Positions 39,163-53,283 of a DNA stretch of 64,000 nucleotides are shown here, in pieces (the stretch's first letter is position 1; every line of letters starts with the position of its first letter). Source of the stretch: Octopus sinensis. Lineage: Eukaryota. The position numbers were made by a program, and so were the translations under genes. The notes beneath the pieces were generated by a model. That model saw nothing but the letters and a program-made list of their open reading frames with translations, searched no databases and was not told where the DNA came from. The stretch lies in the NCBI RefSeq assembly GCF_006345805.1, contig NC_042999.1, positions 139,376,001 to 139,440,000 on the forward strand. The letters are read 5' to 3'.

Positions 39163-39837
39163 CCCTTTTTCTTTCCAATAGCAATATACTTGTTCCACGT
39201 CCTCGCGTTGTTGTGTTTTCTCTTTGTGTTTTCATGTTTGGATTATATACACATATATATACGTATATACATATATGCATTCAGACACTATACACGCACA
39301 CATATTTATTAGTATATGCGTATATATTTTGTAAACCAAGTTGACAGGGATTACACAGCAAATATAAGTTGACTCTTAACCTAAATTCAGATCATCACAC
39401 TATCAATAAATTCCCAGTTGCTATTCTTTAAAGTACTTTAAAATAACATTACACAGACACACAGACACACATACAGACCCCCCCCACTCTCTCTCTCTCT
39501 CTCTTTTATTCTTTTACTTGTTTCAGTCATTTGACTGCAGCCTTACTGGGGCAACGCCTTGAACGGTCTTAGTCGAACAAATCGACCCTAGTACTTATTT
39601 TTTAAAGCCTAGTACCTATTGTATCGTATCTGTTTTGCCGAACCGCTAAGTTACAGGAACGTAAACACGTCAACACAGTTTGTCAAACGGTGATGGGCTG
39701 GGGACAAACTTAGACACAAAGACACACACACATAGATACGTACACACACACACACACACATACATATATATACATATATATATATATGCATGTTGTTATA
39801 TACATCATGCTCCTTTGCCCATTTCTACCTTTACCCT

Positions 39838-40341
39838 TTATTTATGTTTGAAATCAACGGCTACTTTCTAGCAATTCTTCATTCATATCTTAATTCTTTT
39901 AGGACTTTTCTTGCAGAGTATGGTGACATTTCCATGCTGCTTGCGACTTCGCTGACACCAAAATGACGGTTTCTGATTGTTTCCCTCTTCAGTGTCCTCT
40001 TTTCTCTATCCGAAGCGATATTTGACCTTCTAAGACGAGGTTTCACGCGACAATGTCCTTCTTCTCGAAATCTTTTGACAATATTATTTACAGTCTAATG
40101 GTTTACCTTAAAAAGCTTTGCTATTCCTCTGTTCGACTTTCCGATCTGATGACGTCCTATGATTTGTTCTTGTTTGAACTCGCTAATTTGTGCACTACTT
40201 TTCAGTTTCATTGTAAATGTAATTTGAAGAATCCATTAACCTGTTCAAGATGGGAGAGAATTCAATATAAAATGCAAGAAACATGTTACAAATTATTAAA
40301 TCTCAAAAATTCAGGGTCGCTAAAAACTTATCGAAAGCTAC

Positions 40342-40343
<2 letters not shown>
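39838..40343 (-). mobile_element. Tc1-like transposon 5' fragment (TIR and N-terminal DNA-binding region)
   Basis: TA|CAGTAGCTTTCGATAAG terminus at 40343. From ATG 40211: MKLKSSAQISEFKQEQIIGRHQIGKSNRGIAKLFKVNH*TVNNIVKRFREEG...RIARK*PLIS. Confidence 0.75.
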
Positions 40344-40394
<51 letters not shown>

Positions 40395-40401
40395 TATATA
40401 T

Positions 40402-40514
<113 letters not shown>

Positions 40515-40785
40515 ATGTGTGTGTGTGTCTATGTGTTTGTGCGTACTCGCACACACGTATATATAAAATACCATTTACTATCCTCATTTTACTTGTTTCA
40601 ATCATTGGACTTAAGCTATACTGGAGCCCTGAAAGTCTTTTATTCGAACGAATCGACCCCAGTATATTATTTTAGCCTGGTGCTTATTCTATTAGATTTA
40701 TGTCGAACCGATACATACGGAAACATGAACAAACAAACAACGATTCCCAGTGGTGGCGAACAAAAAGCGTACACACATACACACA

Positions 40786-40848
<63 letters not shown>

Positions 40849-41953
40849 CATTAAGTGAAAAACGCAAGAATGCGCATGGAAATTGATAAATGTGTTTGCT
40901 ACAACCAGGGTAGGTAAATAACTAGAGCTGAATTAATCTATTTTTTTCATCTTTAGAAATAATGCAGTTTATGAGAAGGTCCATCGTTGGCAAGACGGAG
41001 ACTAGATCAGTATATATGAAGTAAGATGATTATGGATACTAAAAGGTGATAATGTTTCAGGAAGCAATTATGTAATCGTGGCAGTTAATTTGGCAAAACT
41101 TAACTATTGTTTATAAAGCATAAAATGTTATATATGTTTTCAGTATTTTCTAAATATGATATAATATAAACACACACATGCACACGCACGTGCACACACG
41201 CACACGCACGTGCACACACGCACACGCACGTGCACACACACACACACGCTCTTGTTTAGAAACAGTCCCAGAATGTTACTCGGTATAATTTAGCATTTCA
41301 TACTTAAAAAGTTTTAGATTGTATAGTAGCTTGGCCGTCATAAATCAAATTTTAATCACCAACCCACGGCAGATCGTGATATTTTTTTTACTAATATCTT
41401 CATTTATCTAATGATATAATCATCCTCATAATGTGTTTGTCTTATCACATATTCCCCATAGATGACTTCCTGTAAAATTGCGCATGACGTTTCCAGGTTA
41501 ACCGTAGATAAATCTTTCAAGATAGTATTTGAAAATAAGATATCAGCCTAAATAATATAATTTTGCGAGGAAAATAAATAAGTAAATATATATTTATATA
41601 AGATTTATCGCATTGTGAATTTTCTTCATAACATAGACATTTTCCACATCGGTATTTAAGAAAGCGCAGACGAAAGTGGACAAACCTAGACAAATATATT
41701 GGAAACAATAAAACGTTCGAAATATAACGCAGATAAATATCTCCTAGGAATTTAAAATTGAAATTAAAGATACAAAGGATGAAATGAAAAAAAGTCTGCT
41801 AACTTTTCTTGCACATTCGAGTGTTGAGGAAGACATACATACAGACATTACTGATATATATATATATATATATATGCACATGCACGTATATGTATATGTC
41901 TATATACATACATACACATACATATATTACACAAACATGTATACATATACGTT

Positions 41954-42013
<60 letters not shown>

Positions 42014-42568
42014 ACATGTATATGCATACATAAATACACACACATATGTATGTATATATTTGCATCGTCAATTAGAGAAGCTCTGATAGGAGATATACAT
42101 TTTGTTTGTGCATAAGTTAAGCAAACGAAACAGATAATGAATAAATGCAATAAAAAATTGTGGAGGATGGATAGATATATAGCAGAAATAAATTCGCTTA
42201 TCAATATTTTGAATGTTTACTTAATTGAGCTCATCTTCAGCGCTATAGTTTCCCTTCGTTTCTTTTTCTCTCACAGTCTCTCACTAAGTCCCTCTACATA
42301 TATTGGTTTCTTTCTATCACCTCATCTATTTGTGTGTCTCGTTTTGTATCGCTCCCTCTGTATCTCTCTCCCTCTCTCTTTCTACATTACTCCTTATTTA
42401 GTACTACTGCTTGCTCGGAGGACAAGGTTCTTATTGTCTATAGGGTCTTTCTATAAAAAATGATAACGCTTATGTGGCATGAGAGGAATTGAAAGATAAT
42501 TACCTTGTAAGATAATCACCTAAGTATATAAGTGTATAAGTGTGTGTGTGTATCTATCTATCTATCTG

Positions 42569-42689
<121 letters not shown>

Positions 42690-42774
42690 GCATGTATGTA
42701 TATAGGGAGAATATACAAACAAAACAAAAGACGAAGACAGGTTGTGTACACAACAAACAGGTGTATTACTATAA

Positions 42775-43650
42775 CGCTCGGGAAGTGAAAAAGTCTTTAA
42801 CGTTTCGAGCCTACGCTCTTCTACAGAAAAGAACACAGAAAGAAACAAGGGGAGAAAAAAAAATGTGTAGTGGCTAGCGATCTATCATGGCGAATGCCGA
42901 ACAGAAGGGTCATACAGGAAAGCTAGGGAGAAGAGGAGATAATAAAATAGTGGTGATCCCAAAACGAAGGTGCGCGTGCGTGTGTGTAAGTGAGTTTGTA
43001 TGTGCGCGTGGAAGAGGGCTGGTGATCTTGACGTAAGCGTATGTGCATGTGTAGGTGTGAAAAAGGGGTCTGGGAAGTGGTCAGTGCTGATGTGTGCGTG
43101 GTGGTGTGTTGTGATGTGATCTGTTGTGTGGTATGGTGGTGTAAGATGTAGTGGTGTGTGGTGTGGTGTGATGGTGTTGGGAGGTAGGGGAGAGAGTGGG
43201 GAAAGCACCGGTGGGGTGTGGGTTAGGCTGAGGGTGGGGTAGAGGTGAGGTATGTGGGTAGGCGGAGGGTGGGTGTGGAGATGGGGTAGGAGGGAGTGGA
43301 TGTAATGTATGGGGAAGGATAGGGAAGGTGAGGGTGTAATGTGTAGGGGTGGGTGGTCTTACGAGGGAGGGGTGACGATGAAGGGGAAGGGAGAAGTTGG
43401 GTAGGAGTGAAGAGAAGTAGGAGTTGGAACAAGAGAGGGGAGGAGGTTAGATGAAGAGGGAAGGAGAGTTGAGCCTATGTGGCGCAAAGGAGCGAAGAAA
43501 GAAGATTAATCCCTGTTCAAGGCGTAAACGGGAGTCCGGATGGCCCCTGTGCAAGGACAATCCGAACATGGACAAGAGTTGCAAAGAGTGACCGGTAGAG
43601 CGGAAATGGCGCGAGACCGGGGTGTCATTGCCGAGTCGGATGTTCGTGCG
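42775..43650 (-). mobile_element. 5'-truncated Penelope-like element: GIY-YIG C-terminus, pyrimidine-rich 3' region, terminal hammerhead-like motif
   Basis: 43644-43498 translates NIRLGNDTPVSRHFRSTGHSLQLLSMFGLSLHRGHPDSRLRLEQGLIFF (PV..HF...GHS...R...EQ.LIF pattern of Penelope endonucleases). HHR-like CTGTAGA-A-GAGC GTAG GCTC-GAAACGTT at 42830-42796. Confidence 0.75.
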
Positions 43651-43736
43651 CGTGCGTGTGTATGTATATGTATTTGTGAGTTGTGTGAGTTGTGTGTAAG
43701 CTTGTTTGTATATATACGTATAAATGCATATATATA

Positions 43737-44300
43737 CACTACCGTCAGAAATTAATTAGCACCCTTGATTTGCTCACCATCAAGCATGGCGGGGGTGGTC
43801 TGATGGTGTGAGGAGCGTTCAGCTACAGTGGTGTTGGGCGGCTCTATGCCGTCGAAGGCAACATCAACGCAGCAAAGTACGTTGAGATAGTACGGGATAC
43901 CTCTTTGGTGGCGAGGAGTACGTGCTGGCCAGTCACCTGACCTGAACCCTATTGAGAACCTCTGGAGTCGATTGGGTAGGGATTTGAATGTGCAGCAATA
44001 CAGGAACCGACACGAGCTGTTTGGGGCACTTCTTGCTGCATGAGGGGCCATCCCTGCACAGTACCTGCAGGCACTCATAGACAGCATGCCGACCCGCGTA
44101 GCAGCTGTCATTGCTGCCAAAGGAGGAGCAACAAGATATTGACTAAATTTCACGATCATTAACAATTATGTGGTGTGCTGGGATATGTTTTAATAAATTT
44201 TTGATTAAAAACGAATTCATTTCTGATAATAAGTTAATTAAATTAAGAAAATGTAAGAAAATGTAGAAATTTGAGAAGTGCTAATTAATTTCCGACGCAA

Positions 44301-44303
<3 letters not shown>
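43737..44303 (+). mobile_element. Internally deleted Tc1-like transposon (567 bp) with both TIRs and TA flanks
   Basis: TIRs CACTACCGTCAGAAATTAATTAGCAC / GTGCTAATTAATTTCCGACGCAAGTG. Remnant reads KHGGGGLMV*GAFS...QSPDLNPIENLW...SMPTRVAAVIAAKGGATRY*. Confidence 0.9.
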
Positions 44304-44386
<83 letters not shown>

Positions 44387-45456
44387 ATATATATATGCAT
44401 ATATATATATGTGTGTGTATGTGTGTACAAACAGCAAAACACGTATACGTACTCCCACGCACACACATTAACTCCCTCTCTCTCACACACACTTATATAT
44501 ACATAAATACACACACATTTATACACATCTATACATACATACACGCATGTTAAAAAGTTCACGCTAAAGATAGACACGCTATACCTAAGTCGTTTTAATT
44601 CGTCTAAACACGCAGAAAATCTTTAATAAAGTACTCAATGAAACATTTGAAGTGAAATAGGAAGAGATAATGCTATAACAACTGTCTGTGTTAAAAGTCG
44701 AACGTTGTTTGAGAAACGCTTATTTCATATGAGAACTTGGTGGGTTTTATATGAAATATAATCCAGCACAGTAGGTATATTCTGTGCTATCATAAAGCAA
44801 GAGATATCTGGGCAGTTTCCCGACTGATATTAGGATCTAGGGAGCTCAGTGTTATTCAAGGTATGCCTAATTATCTGTTAACACGGCCCTGGATATGTTA
44901 TTCCAGCAAGCCAAGTCAATTTCCTTTGTCAGCCAAGCCCGGAAAAATATTTTGGGTAGATTTTTAGCTTTACATAGCTGTCTCAAACTCCCTTATCTTA
45001 ATAAGCACATGAATGAACAACACGAATTTCGAGAATAATTGCAACTTGATCGCAGTGGCACTTAAAATTCTTTCTTTCTTTGTTTAGACATGGAGGCTTT
45101 AAAAGTTCTCAAGTCGTTTAATGAACATTTTGTATGTATAAACACACAATCTACAAAACGCATCTGAATTCACCCAAATATGAGACGAATCTACACCAAA
45201 TTACGGAATAAAATATTTGTATTCTCTCTGGGCCAACTTGCAGCATTGAAATATGCCACACTATCTCTCCCAATTTCAACACATATTCTGCATTTGTCTG
45301 CTTCTTCTAATTGATCAGTGTTGTACTCGATGTTAGTTCTCAATGCTTATACTTGTGCTGCACATATAAAGGTCTCTGTTTCATAAATGAAATGTTATTG
45401 TAATCTGCGTGGTCAGCAGCAAATCAGTGGATTGGAATTGTAGAACAAAGTAGTTG

Positions 45457-45490
<34 letters not shown>

Positions 45491-45495
45491 ATATA

Positions 45496-46777
45496 CGAGG
45501 GACGTTCAATAAGTAATGCCTCTGACCCACTTACAGTTGTTGGATCTAGCTCAAATTTTGCATGTGCAATTATTTATATCTCTATAGAGTAAGTGACAAA
45601 TTACAGCTCTGAATTCATTGTGGTTTCTGATTTACAGGCGTTTGAACCGAGTCAAGTGTGAAATGGAGCCTGTTGAGTGTCGAGCAGTGATCCGGTTTTT
45701 GTATTTGAAAGGACGCACACCACGGGAGACTTTCGATGAAATGAAAGTAACTTATGGTGATGATGCCCCATCATATGACCTTGTAAAATGCTGGCATCGT
45801 GAATTCAAACATGGTCGGAACTCTGTGGAAACAGCTCCCAGATCTGGTCGCCCCTTTTGCCATTGATGAGGCATCTGTCCGTCAATTTGAGGCTGCCATT
45901 TTGGAAGATCGACGCATAATTATTCGCCAAATAGCCCATGAGGTCCAGATTAGTACCGGGTCTGTGGAAACTATCATTCATGACCATTTGCATATGCAAA
46001 AGGTGTCTGCCAGATGGATTCCCAGGTTGCTCACGCCTTTCCAGAAGCAAGAACGCGTCGAGTGCTCGCGGGTGAATTTGGAGATGTGCCAAGAAGATGA
46101 GTCAAAATTTTTCAAAAGACTGATTACACAGGATGAAACCTGGGTCCATCACGATGATCCAGAGACCAAAGCCCAGTCAATGCAGTGGAAGCACCGTGAC
46201 TCACCCCCTCCAAAGAAGGCAAGGGTGCAGCCCTCCGCTGGCAAGGTCATGCTCACAGTCTTCTGGGACCAGGACGGAGTAGTGATGACAGATTTCCTGG
46301 CAAAGGGTACCACAATTGCAGGAGCCTATTATGCTTCACTTTTGAGGAAATTAAGAGAAGTTATCAAAATCAAGAGGCGGGGCAAGATCAGCAAAGACAT
46401 CCTCCTCCTGCAGGACAACGCTCCGGTCCACAACTCGCTTGTCGCCAGATCAGAAGCACATGCGTATGGCTATGAACTCCTCCCCCATCCCCCTACTTTC
46501 CTGACCTTGCATCCTCTGATGTTCACCTCTTCCCAGTCATGAAGTTGTTTTTGAAAGGAAAGCGTTTCCCAGATGATGCAGCCTTGATTTCTGAAGTCAC
46601 GTCGTGGTTGGAGGACCAAGCTGGGGTCTTCTACAAAAACTGTCTCCAGAGCTGCATCACACAATGGGAGAAATGCGTAACTCTGGGTGGTTCCTATGTA
46701 GAAAAAGACTAATAACTGTGCCAAGTTTCGTTGCTATGGGAAGTGGGTCAGGGGCATTACTTATTGAACGCCCCTCG
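45496..46777 (+). mobile_element. Full-length mariner (DD34D) transposon, 1282 bp, TA TSD
   Basis: 37-bp TIRs CGAGGGACGTTCAATAAGTAATGCCTCTGACCCACTT and CGAGGGGCGTTCAATAAGTAATGCCCCTGACCCACTT (reverse complement), with TA on both sides. Confidence 0.95.
45663..46712 (+). pseudogene. Mariner transposase with two frameshifts
   Basis: MEPVECRAVIRFL...RSGRP, WIPRLLT, DETW, QDNAPVH and HPP..PDLAPSD motifs; frameshifts near 45860 and 46497. Confidence 0.92.
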
Positions 46778-47752
46778 TATATATGCAATTTATGAACAGT
46801 AAATCGCTGGTATAAATAAAAATGGAAGAACTTGTATAGCTTTTAGAATGTTTTTAAATTCTCGAAGACTTCAATGTTCACATGTGTCATTGCACTATCT
46901 CTAATTATATTCTTTCAACTGTCTCTTAACTCTTCAAAATGAAACATTGCCTCGCTTCCATTTTTATTACCATGGAACTTCATCACATTACTCTCTGTGT
47001 TTGCTTGTGTGCGCGTGTGTGTTAGTGTGTATGTGTGTGTGCTAGTGTGTGTGTGTGAATAAGGATTAATGTTATTGAAAAATTACTATTGTAACTCGTT
47101 AAATGCTGGTGACATTAACTTTATTTCCATCGTTTTACTTTCACTTTTTCACGCTTACTTGAGGTGAATGCATTTTCAGAAGTAGGAATTTACTGTTGGA
47201 CCTTCTTCCAGTCAGCTGCACTCTCAGTTATCTCTAACGACATGCAGGGACACATTGTGTCTATTCTAAATCCGTGACACATGTTTGTATTTAAAAATGG
47301 AACGCATTTAAATAACAATGGAAGTATCTAATAAACAAAATTTTCAATAATGAAAGATTTAGCAATCACTTTGGCATGCTAATCTATTATTGCTGAAAAT
47401 TTCCCAAAATATTATTTTAGCATTAATGAGTTATTAAAAACATAAAAATCAGTAGTTTTAATCTTTTAATAGAAAATTTTAAGTAATTTAAACATTTTTA
47501 CATACTTTGTTACTGGAAAAATTTTCAAATAGCTTTTAGAATTTTTAATAACAGGTGAGTGACTATATCGGTAAATCTTGGTTAATAGTAAATGTTGTAA
47601 AACGGGTGTGTGGAGTATAACGTTTTTTCATCCCTGTTATTCATTTGAATCACAAAATGAGGGAATATCGTGAAGACAAGCGATTATTTGGAAAGCTAAA
47701 AAGTGGGTTGTTAAGCGGCTGTGAATTTCACATAGATGGATATGTGTAAATA

Positions 47753-49333
47753 CACTGCCGAAAATAAATTTAAGACCGATGATAAAAGTTCTATTTCTTA
47801 TAAAATATTTTGTTACTAACACCATACAAATTATTTTTATCTTCCACACCTTATGCAGAATTTATTTGTTTTTCGAATGATGCAGACAATAACTATTTTT
47901 ATACAACTTGAAGAATTCTAATTCTAAATTAATATAAACACTTCAAATTTACCGGCAAAATTAGTTTAAGACCATATCATGATAATTTTATTTAAAGCTT
48001 AAGATTGTAGCAAAAATGAGTAACAAGAACGAAATACATATTGGTACTTTATGCCGTAGCCCTTATTCTTAATAACTGCTGAACAACGCCTCGATGGGAA
48101 TCTTTTGCCATATTTCATTGATATAATCGAATAATTGTTTTAGATAAGATGGTTTTTTTAGCATGGACTTTTTTAAAACATAATTCCAAAAGTTCTCGAT
48201 CGAATTCAGGTCCGGGCTCTGAGGAGGCCATTCGATTACATCAATATTATGGTGATCAAAAAATTCCATAAACTTTTTGGCTTTATGCACAGAACTATTG
48301 TCCTGCTGATAAATAGCCCCCAGAGGCATTTGGTGAGTCAAATATAGCACAACATTATCCTTTAGTAGATTCATATAACCTACACTATTTAGCTTTTCAT
48401 CAACTTTAACTAGAGGGCCAACACCAAAGCTACTAAATGCCGCCCACACCATCACACTTCGCTTGCGCCGTCTTTTTCACGCATTTTGGATGGAATACCT
48501 CTGTTGGAGGACGTCTGACGTATGTTTAACCATCTGATCCAAATATACAGAAGCATGACTCGTCACTCCAAAGGACCCTGCACCAATCTTCGGCAGTCCT
48601 TTGAGCATGCGTTTGAGTGTTGATTTCTTTCGGATATTATTGGCTTTTTCCTAGCGATTCGTCCATGTAGTCCAAATTCTCTCAAACGGTTGCGGACGGT
48701 TTGTGGTGTAAAAATAACACCATTCTCGCTCGACAATTGTTTACAAATGTCAACGGTTGTCAGCATTCGGTTGCCTTCCGAAAGTCGGTGGATTCGACGG
48801 TCCAACTGCGCTGTCGTTTTTCTTGGGGTGCCAGTCCTTTGCCGATCTTTATATCGACCAGTCTCCGAGTATAACTTCCACGCTTGCACGCAAGCCGTTT
48901 TAATGCACTTTAGTTGCTTGCTGGTGTCCGAAAAGGAAACTTTTTGCTGGTGGAGTAATACGATTTTTGCTCTCGTGACTGGACTGAAGCTACGTTGTTT
49001 TCCTATTATTAATCAATTATACAATAACGTTAAATTATAACACTCTATAGTGCAGTTAGGCTAGTTGTGTGACCACCCATTTTGGCAAAAAAATTTGCAT
49101 ACATACTACATGGTCTTAAACTAATTTTGCCGGTAAATTTGAAACGTTTATATTAATTTAGCATTAGAATATCTTCAAGTTGTATAAAAATAGTTATTGT
49201 TTGCATCATTCGAAAGAGAAATACATTCTTCATAAGGTGTGGGAGATAAAAATAATTTGTATGGTGTTAGTAACAAAATATTTTGTAAGAAATAGAACTT
49301 TTATCATCAGTCTTAAATTTATTTTCGGCAGTG
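47753..49333 (-). mobile_element. Tc1-family transposon with ~220-bp IR/DR-type inverted repeats, TA TSD
   Basis: TIRs at 47753-47975 and 49110-49333. Outer CACTGCCGAAAATAAATTTAAGACC and inner ACCGGCAAAATTAGTTTAAGACC direct repeats in each. Confidence 0.92.
48041..49006 (-). pseudogene. Tc1 (DD34E) transposase, decayed
   Basis: GTPRKTT, RIARKKPIIS, WSDESCF, MVWAAFS, QQDNSSVH and WPPQSPDLNSIEN motifs; start codon mutated to ATA; frameshifts. Confidence 0.9.
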
Positions 49334-51094
49334 TAAATATACTTGTGTGAGTAAAGAAAATGGAGAAATTAATGTACAGACAATTTATTTGAATAAATTC
49401 CATTCAGTATAATATCAAATTCTTTACACCTATAGCTACTTCCATACCCAATTAATTCAATTTGAGAAATTAAATTAAATTAATCTAAATTTTCTTATCG
49501 AATAAGGTATCGACTTCTGAATGCGAGAAGGGAGACTGGTTTTCATATGTTCACGCCTGTAAATATGTTTCCAGAAACTACCATTAGATGTAATTTAAAG
49601 AATAAATTAGGTCTAATTGTAAGGTTACTGGAACCTTGAATCAGGCGGTATTTCATAATTAATATGCTTACATCTGTAACTAAAACGATTACATTAATAT
49701 TAATAGATATTAATATTAAAGTATCAATTAAATGGTTAATATAAATATCAGGTTTTATGTACTGGTAACAGTAGTATATATTATATATAGTTTACCAAAA
49801 CTTTAATTTAGGTACATAACTCGAGATTATATGACATATAGTAATTTTTATTCATACAGTATTTTGACTCACTAATTTGTTCGGTTTCACTAAATTGTCA
49901 CTCTTTGAGGCCGGTGTTGTCTTTATATGTTGCTGGTATTTAGTTCATTATTATGCCCTTGCTTTCTGTTTGAACTTTCGTTTTTCGTTTGAGATTCGTA
50001 TTGGTCTGTCACCTATCTGTTATTCTGGCGATTTTCATCACTCCTTTATTGGCATTTCCAATGACACTACACCTAGATGTAATCTAAATATTACAAGTAT
50101 CAGGAAAAGACACTTATTACATCATCAAATTTTATCTAGTTTATTCGTCAGTTGCTTTTTGAATTTATTCTGGTATCTCAAACGTGGTCTTTATTAATAA
50201 GCATATGCATAATGATCCAAAATGCTGAATATTTCTGCAGAAACATTGAACGAGGTGGCACGATTCCTGCTTGAATAAATAATTGCATTCCTTCTGTAAA
50301 ATCTGAAGAACGAGTGTATTTGTTGAGTTAATCAATCTTTAAACAATCCACTTGTTAATTCAATGATTTTTTTTCATCGGTTCCCCATATTGTGTGCTTC
50401 ATTGAATTGATGACAATTTTTAAAATCAATTTTCTCTTTTTCGCGCTGTTATTCTATTCTTTTTTTAAAACTGAAATTTGAACGTAATGCACATTATTTT
50501 AATGATGCAGTTTCTTTCTATTTTCAACTGTTGGTTATGGATTCCTATAAACTTGTTTTTTTATATAGCTTAGATGACGAGATTTTTGTTTTCTTTATAG
50601 TTTTTTATAGCTTAGCTGAAAGTGTGTCTGTTTTTTTATATTAGCTTAGATGACATGATTTTTGTTTTTCATGCAGCTGTAGCATCTTTTATTTCTTTTC
50701 TCGCTGAATAGATTGTATGGTTGGTTAGACGATATTTTGCGATTAGTAGTATGTGGCTTTTGGCTACATTTACCGTCATATGCAGGCTGAAGTGCGAGCA
50801 AAACCATATGTTGATAGCTCTTTAGTTTTGGAATGTCAGTATGCACACGGCGCCACTTTGTTCGATTTCCTATGTAAAGATACGCCACCTGAACAAAACA
50901 ATAACTTGAGATTAGGAAATGAAAACGATTGCAACAAAGAAAGAAACAATCCAACTTGAATGAGAATCAACCAGTGTCAAATATCCAGAGAAAGTTGCCT
51001 GAACTACAGCAGGGCCTGAAATACGATTCGTGAGAAAAACGATTTAGTTCAAATAAACAATGTACTCCAGAAAACTCTCTTACACAGTAACATT

Positions 51095-51126
<32 letters not shown>

Positions 51127-51393
51127 TGTATGTATGTATGTATGTATGTATGTATGTATGTATGTATGTATGTATGTATGTATGTATGTATGTATATATG
51201 TGTGTATGCATGTATGCATGTATGTATATATGTATGTATGTATGTATGTATCTATGTATGTACGTACGTATGTACGTACACTCATATATCTATATGTATA
51301 TATATATGTATATGTATGTGTGTATATATATATACATATATATAGACATACATAAATATATCTATATACACATATATATGCACACACACATAT

Positions 51394-51458
<65 letters not shown>

Positions 51459-51661
51459 TATTTGACTAGAAAAATGAAATATCTTTTTATGGATAATTCG
51501 TTTAACCGATACCTGAGTAGCAAATTCACATCAGAAATAACACGGTTGAAGTTACGTGCCTAGGGCAGAGACTATGTGTTTTCGTGTGGAAATTTGTGTT
51601 TATTTTTATAAAATTTATGAATAAATGAAAGAATGGAGTTGAACGACAAATTAACAAATTT

Positions 51662-51756
51662 CCTTTATTTTCGACATATGTTTCGAAGGTTGCATATTCC
51701 TAATTGTGAAGGAATAAGGAGTACATTATGCCGCTTTCTCATCAGGAAAAACAAGG
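51662..51756 (-). ncRNA. Type I hammerhead ribozyme, intact core; predicted cleavage between 51673 and 51672
   Basis: Reverse complement CCTTGTTTTTC-CTGATGA-G(54-nt domain with GCATA/TATGC and TATTCCT/AGGAATA)C-GAAAC-ATAT-GTC-GAAAATAAAGG; palindromic stem III ACATATGT. Confidence 0.82.
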
Positions 51757-51902
51757 AATTTATGTCAACATCAAGATTCACAAAAACTTTTAGATGACTG
51801 CTCTCACGGAGCGCATAGCGATAATGAGATATATATACCTATGTATACATATATATGCCTATATATATACATATATGTACATATATATATACACGCATAT
51901 AT

Positions 51903-51944
<42 letters not shown>

Positions 51945-51945
51945 T

Positions 51946-52001
<56 letters not shown>

Positions 52002-52824
52002 ATGTGTGACAGAGGCAGAGAGAAAGAGAGGACCATATAAACATCTACATACATACATTTATGCATGTATATATGTATATAAATATGCACGTATTATATC
52101 TGTACATATACATATATACATATGTTTGTGCTTTTGTGTATATGTATATGAGGTCCGGATTTTTTACATTGAAAGATTTACTGATTTATATGCATTTCAA
52201 ATTGGTATGTCGCCTTACTAACATTGTTACTAACGTTTCGCCTTATTTTTTAATGATTTCTGGAATGCACTTCAGGAATGCACTTCATTTAACAGCTTTT
52301 GTTTTCTGTCTTATCTTTTGTCTGAAATCGGTGAAATTATTGGTGGATTTTAGCTGGTAGATGGTGAATGGCAGTCGCCAAGCAATTTACAAAATCTTCA
52401 TTGCTCAGGAGAGAACGTGATGCATTATGAAGGTTTAGTTTTCTGGTGACACATACCTCTTCTTTTGCATTATACTTTCAATTAGTCAATTACATGAATA
52501 AGCTAGTCCTCAGGAAGAATCAGTGTGACACAAAGTACTTTGGAATTAGATGTACAATATATCCGGTGGACTTCTACACAGTTTTCACCCTACCTATTTT
52601 CACTCACGAGGTAGGAATCGAGTTTAAAAACAGGCTCCGCAATGGAATCGAATGCATATACATCTATGAAATCCAAGAGGTAACCGGCATTATTATCAGC
52701 GGTAAATGTACATAATTGATAATAATAACAATAATAATATTTGTGTCATCAAGCAATAATAGCGTTAAATAACTATACAATAAGTTTATAATTGTAATGT
52801 AGGGTGAGAGTCAAATCCTCAACT

Positions 52825-53237
52825 TATCCACCAATCTCACTGAAAATACGCAACGGGCCAACAGAAATCGGGTAAAGGAGCAAAATTTAACATATCATCT
52901 CAGCTTACAGCTGTAGAATGAAGTGACAGATATCTCTGAATTATGATTTCGAACTCTGGTCAGTACCTTAATTCTCCTCAGCAGGTCTTGCCATACCTAA
53001 TATAAAAAAATTCAACTCGCCTCGCTGGAATCCGTTACGTTTTGAATAGTCCCGCGCCAAATTCAATTATAAATGTATCGTATAGCTATTGATGCTATTA
53101 TTGCTTGCTGCTATTATTATTTATTATTATTATTTTTATTATTATCATTTATTTAGATTTACTGCTGCTAATAATAATAATAATAATAATAATAATATAA
53201 TAATAATAATAATAATAACAATAATAATAATAATAAC

Positions 53238-53283
<46 letters not shown>

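Noticed and set aside
50753-50959. ORF containing ECQYAHG (CCCH-like fragment)
   Set aside because: Only one Cys/His pair of the motif; insufficient support.
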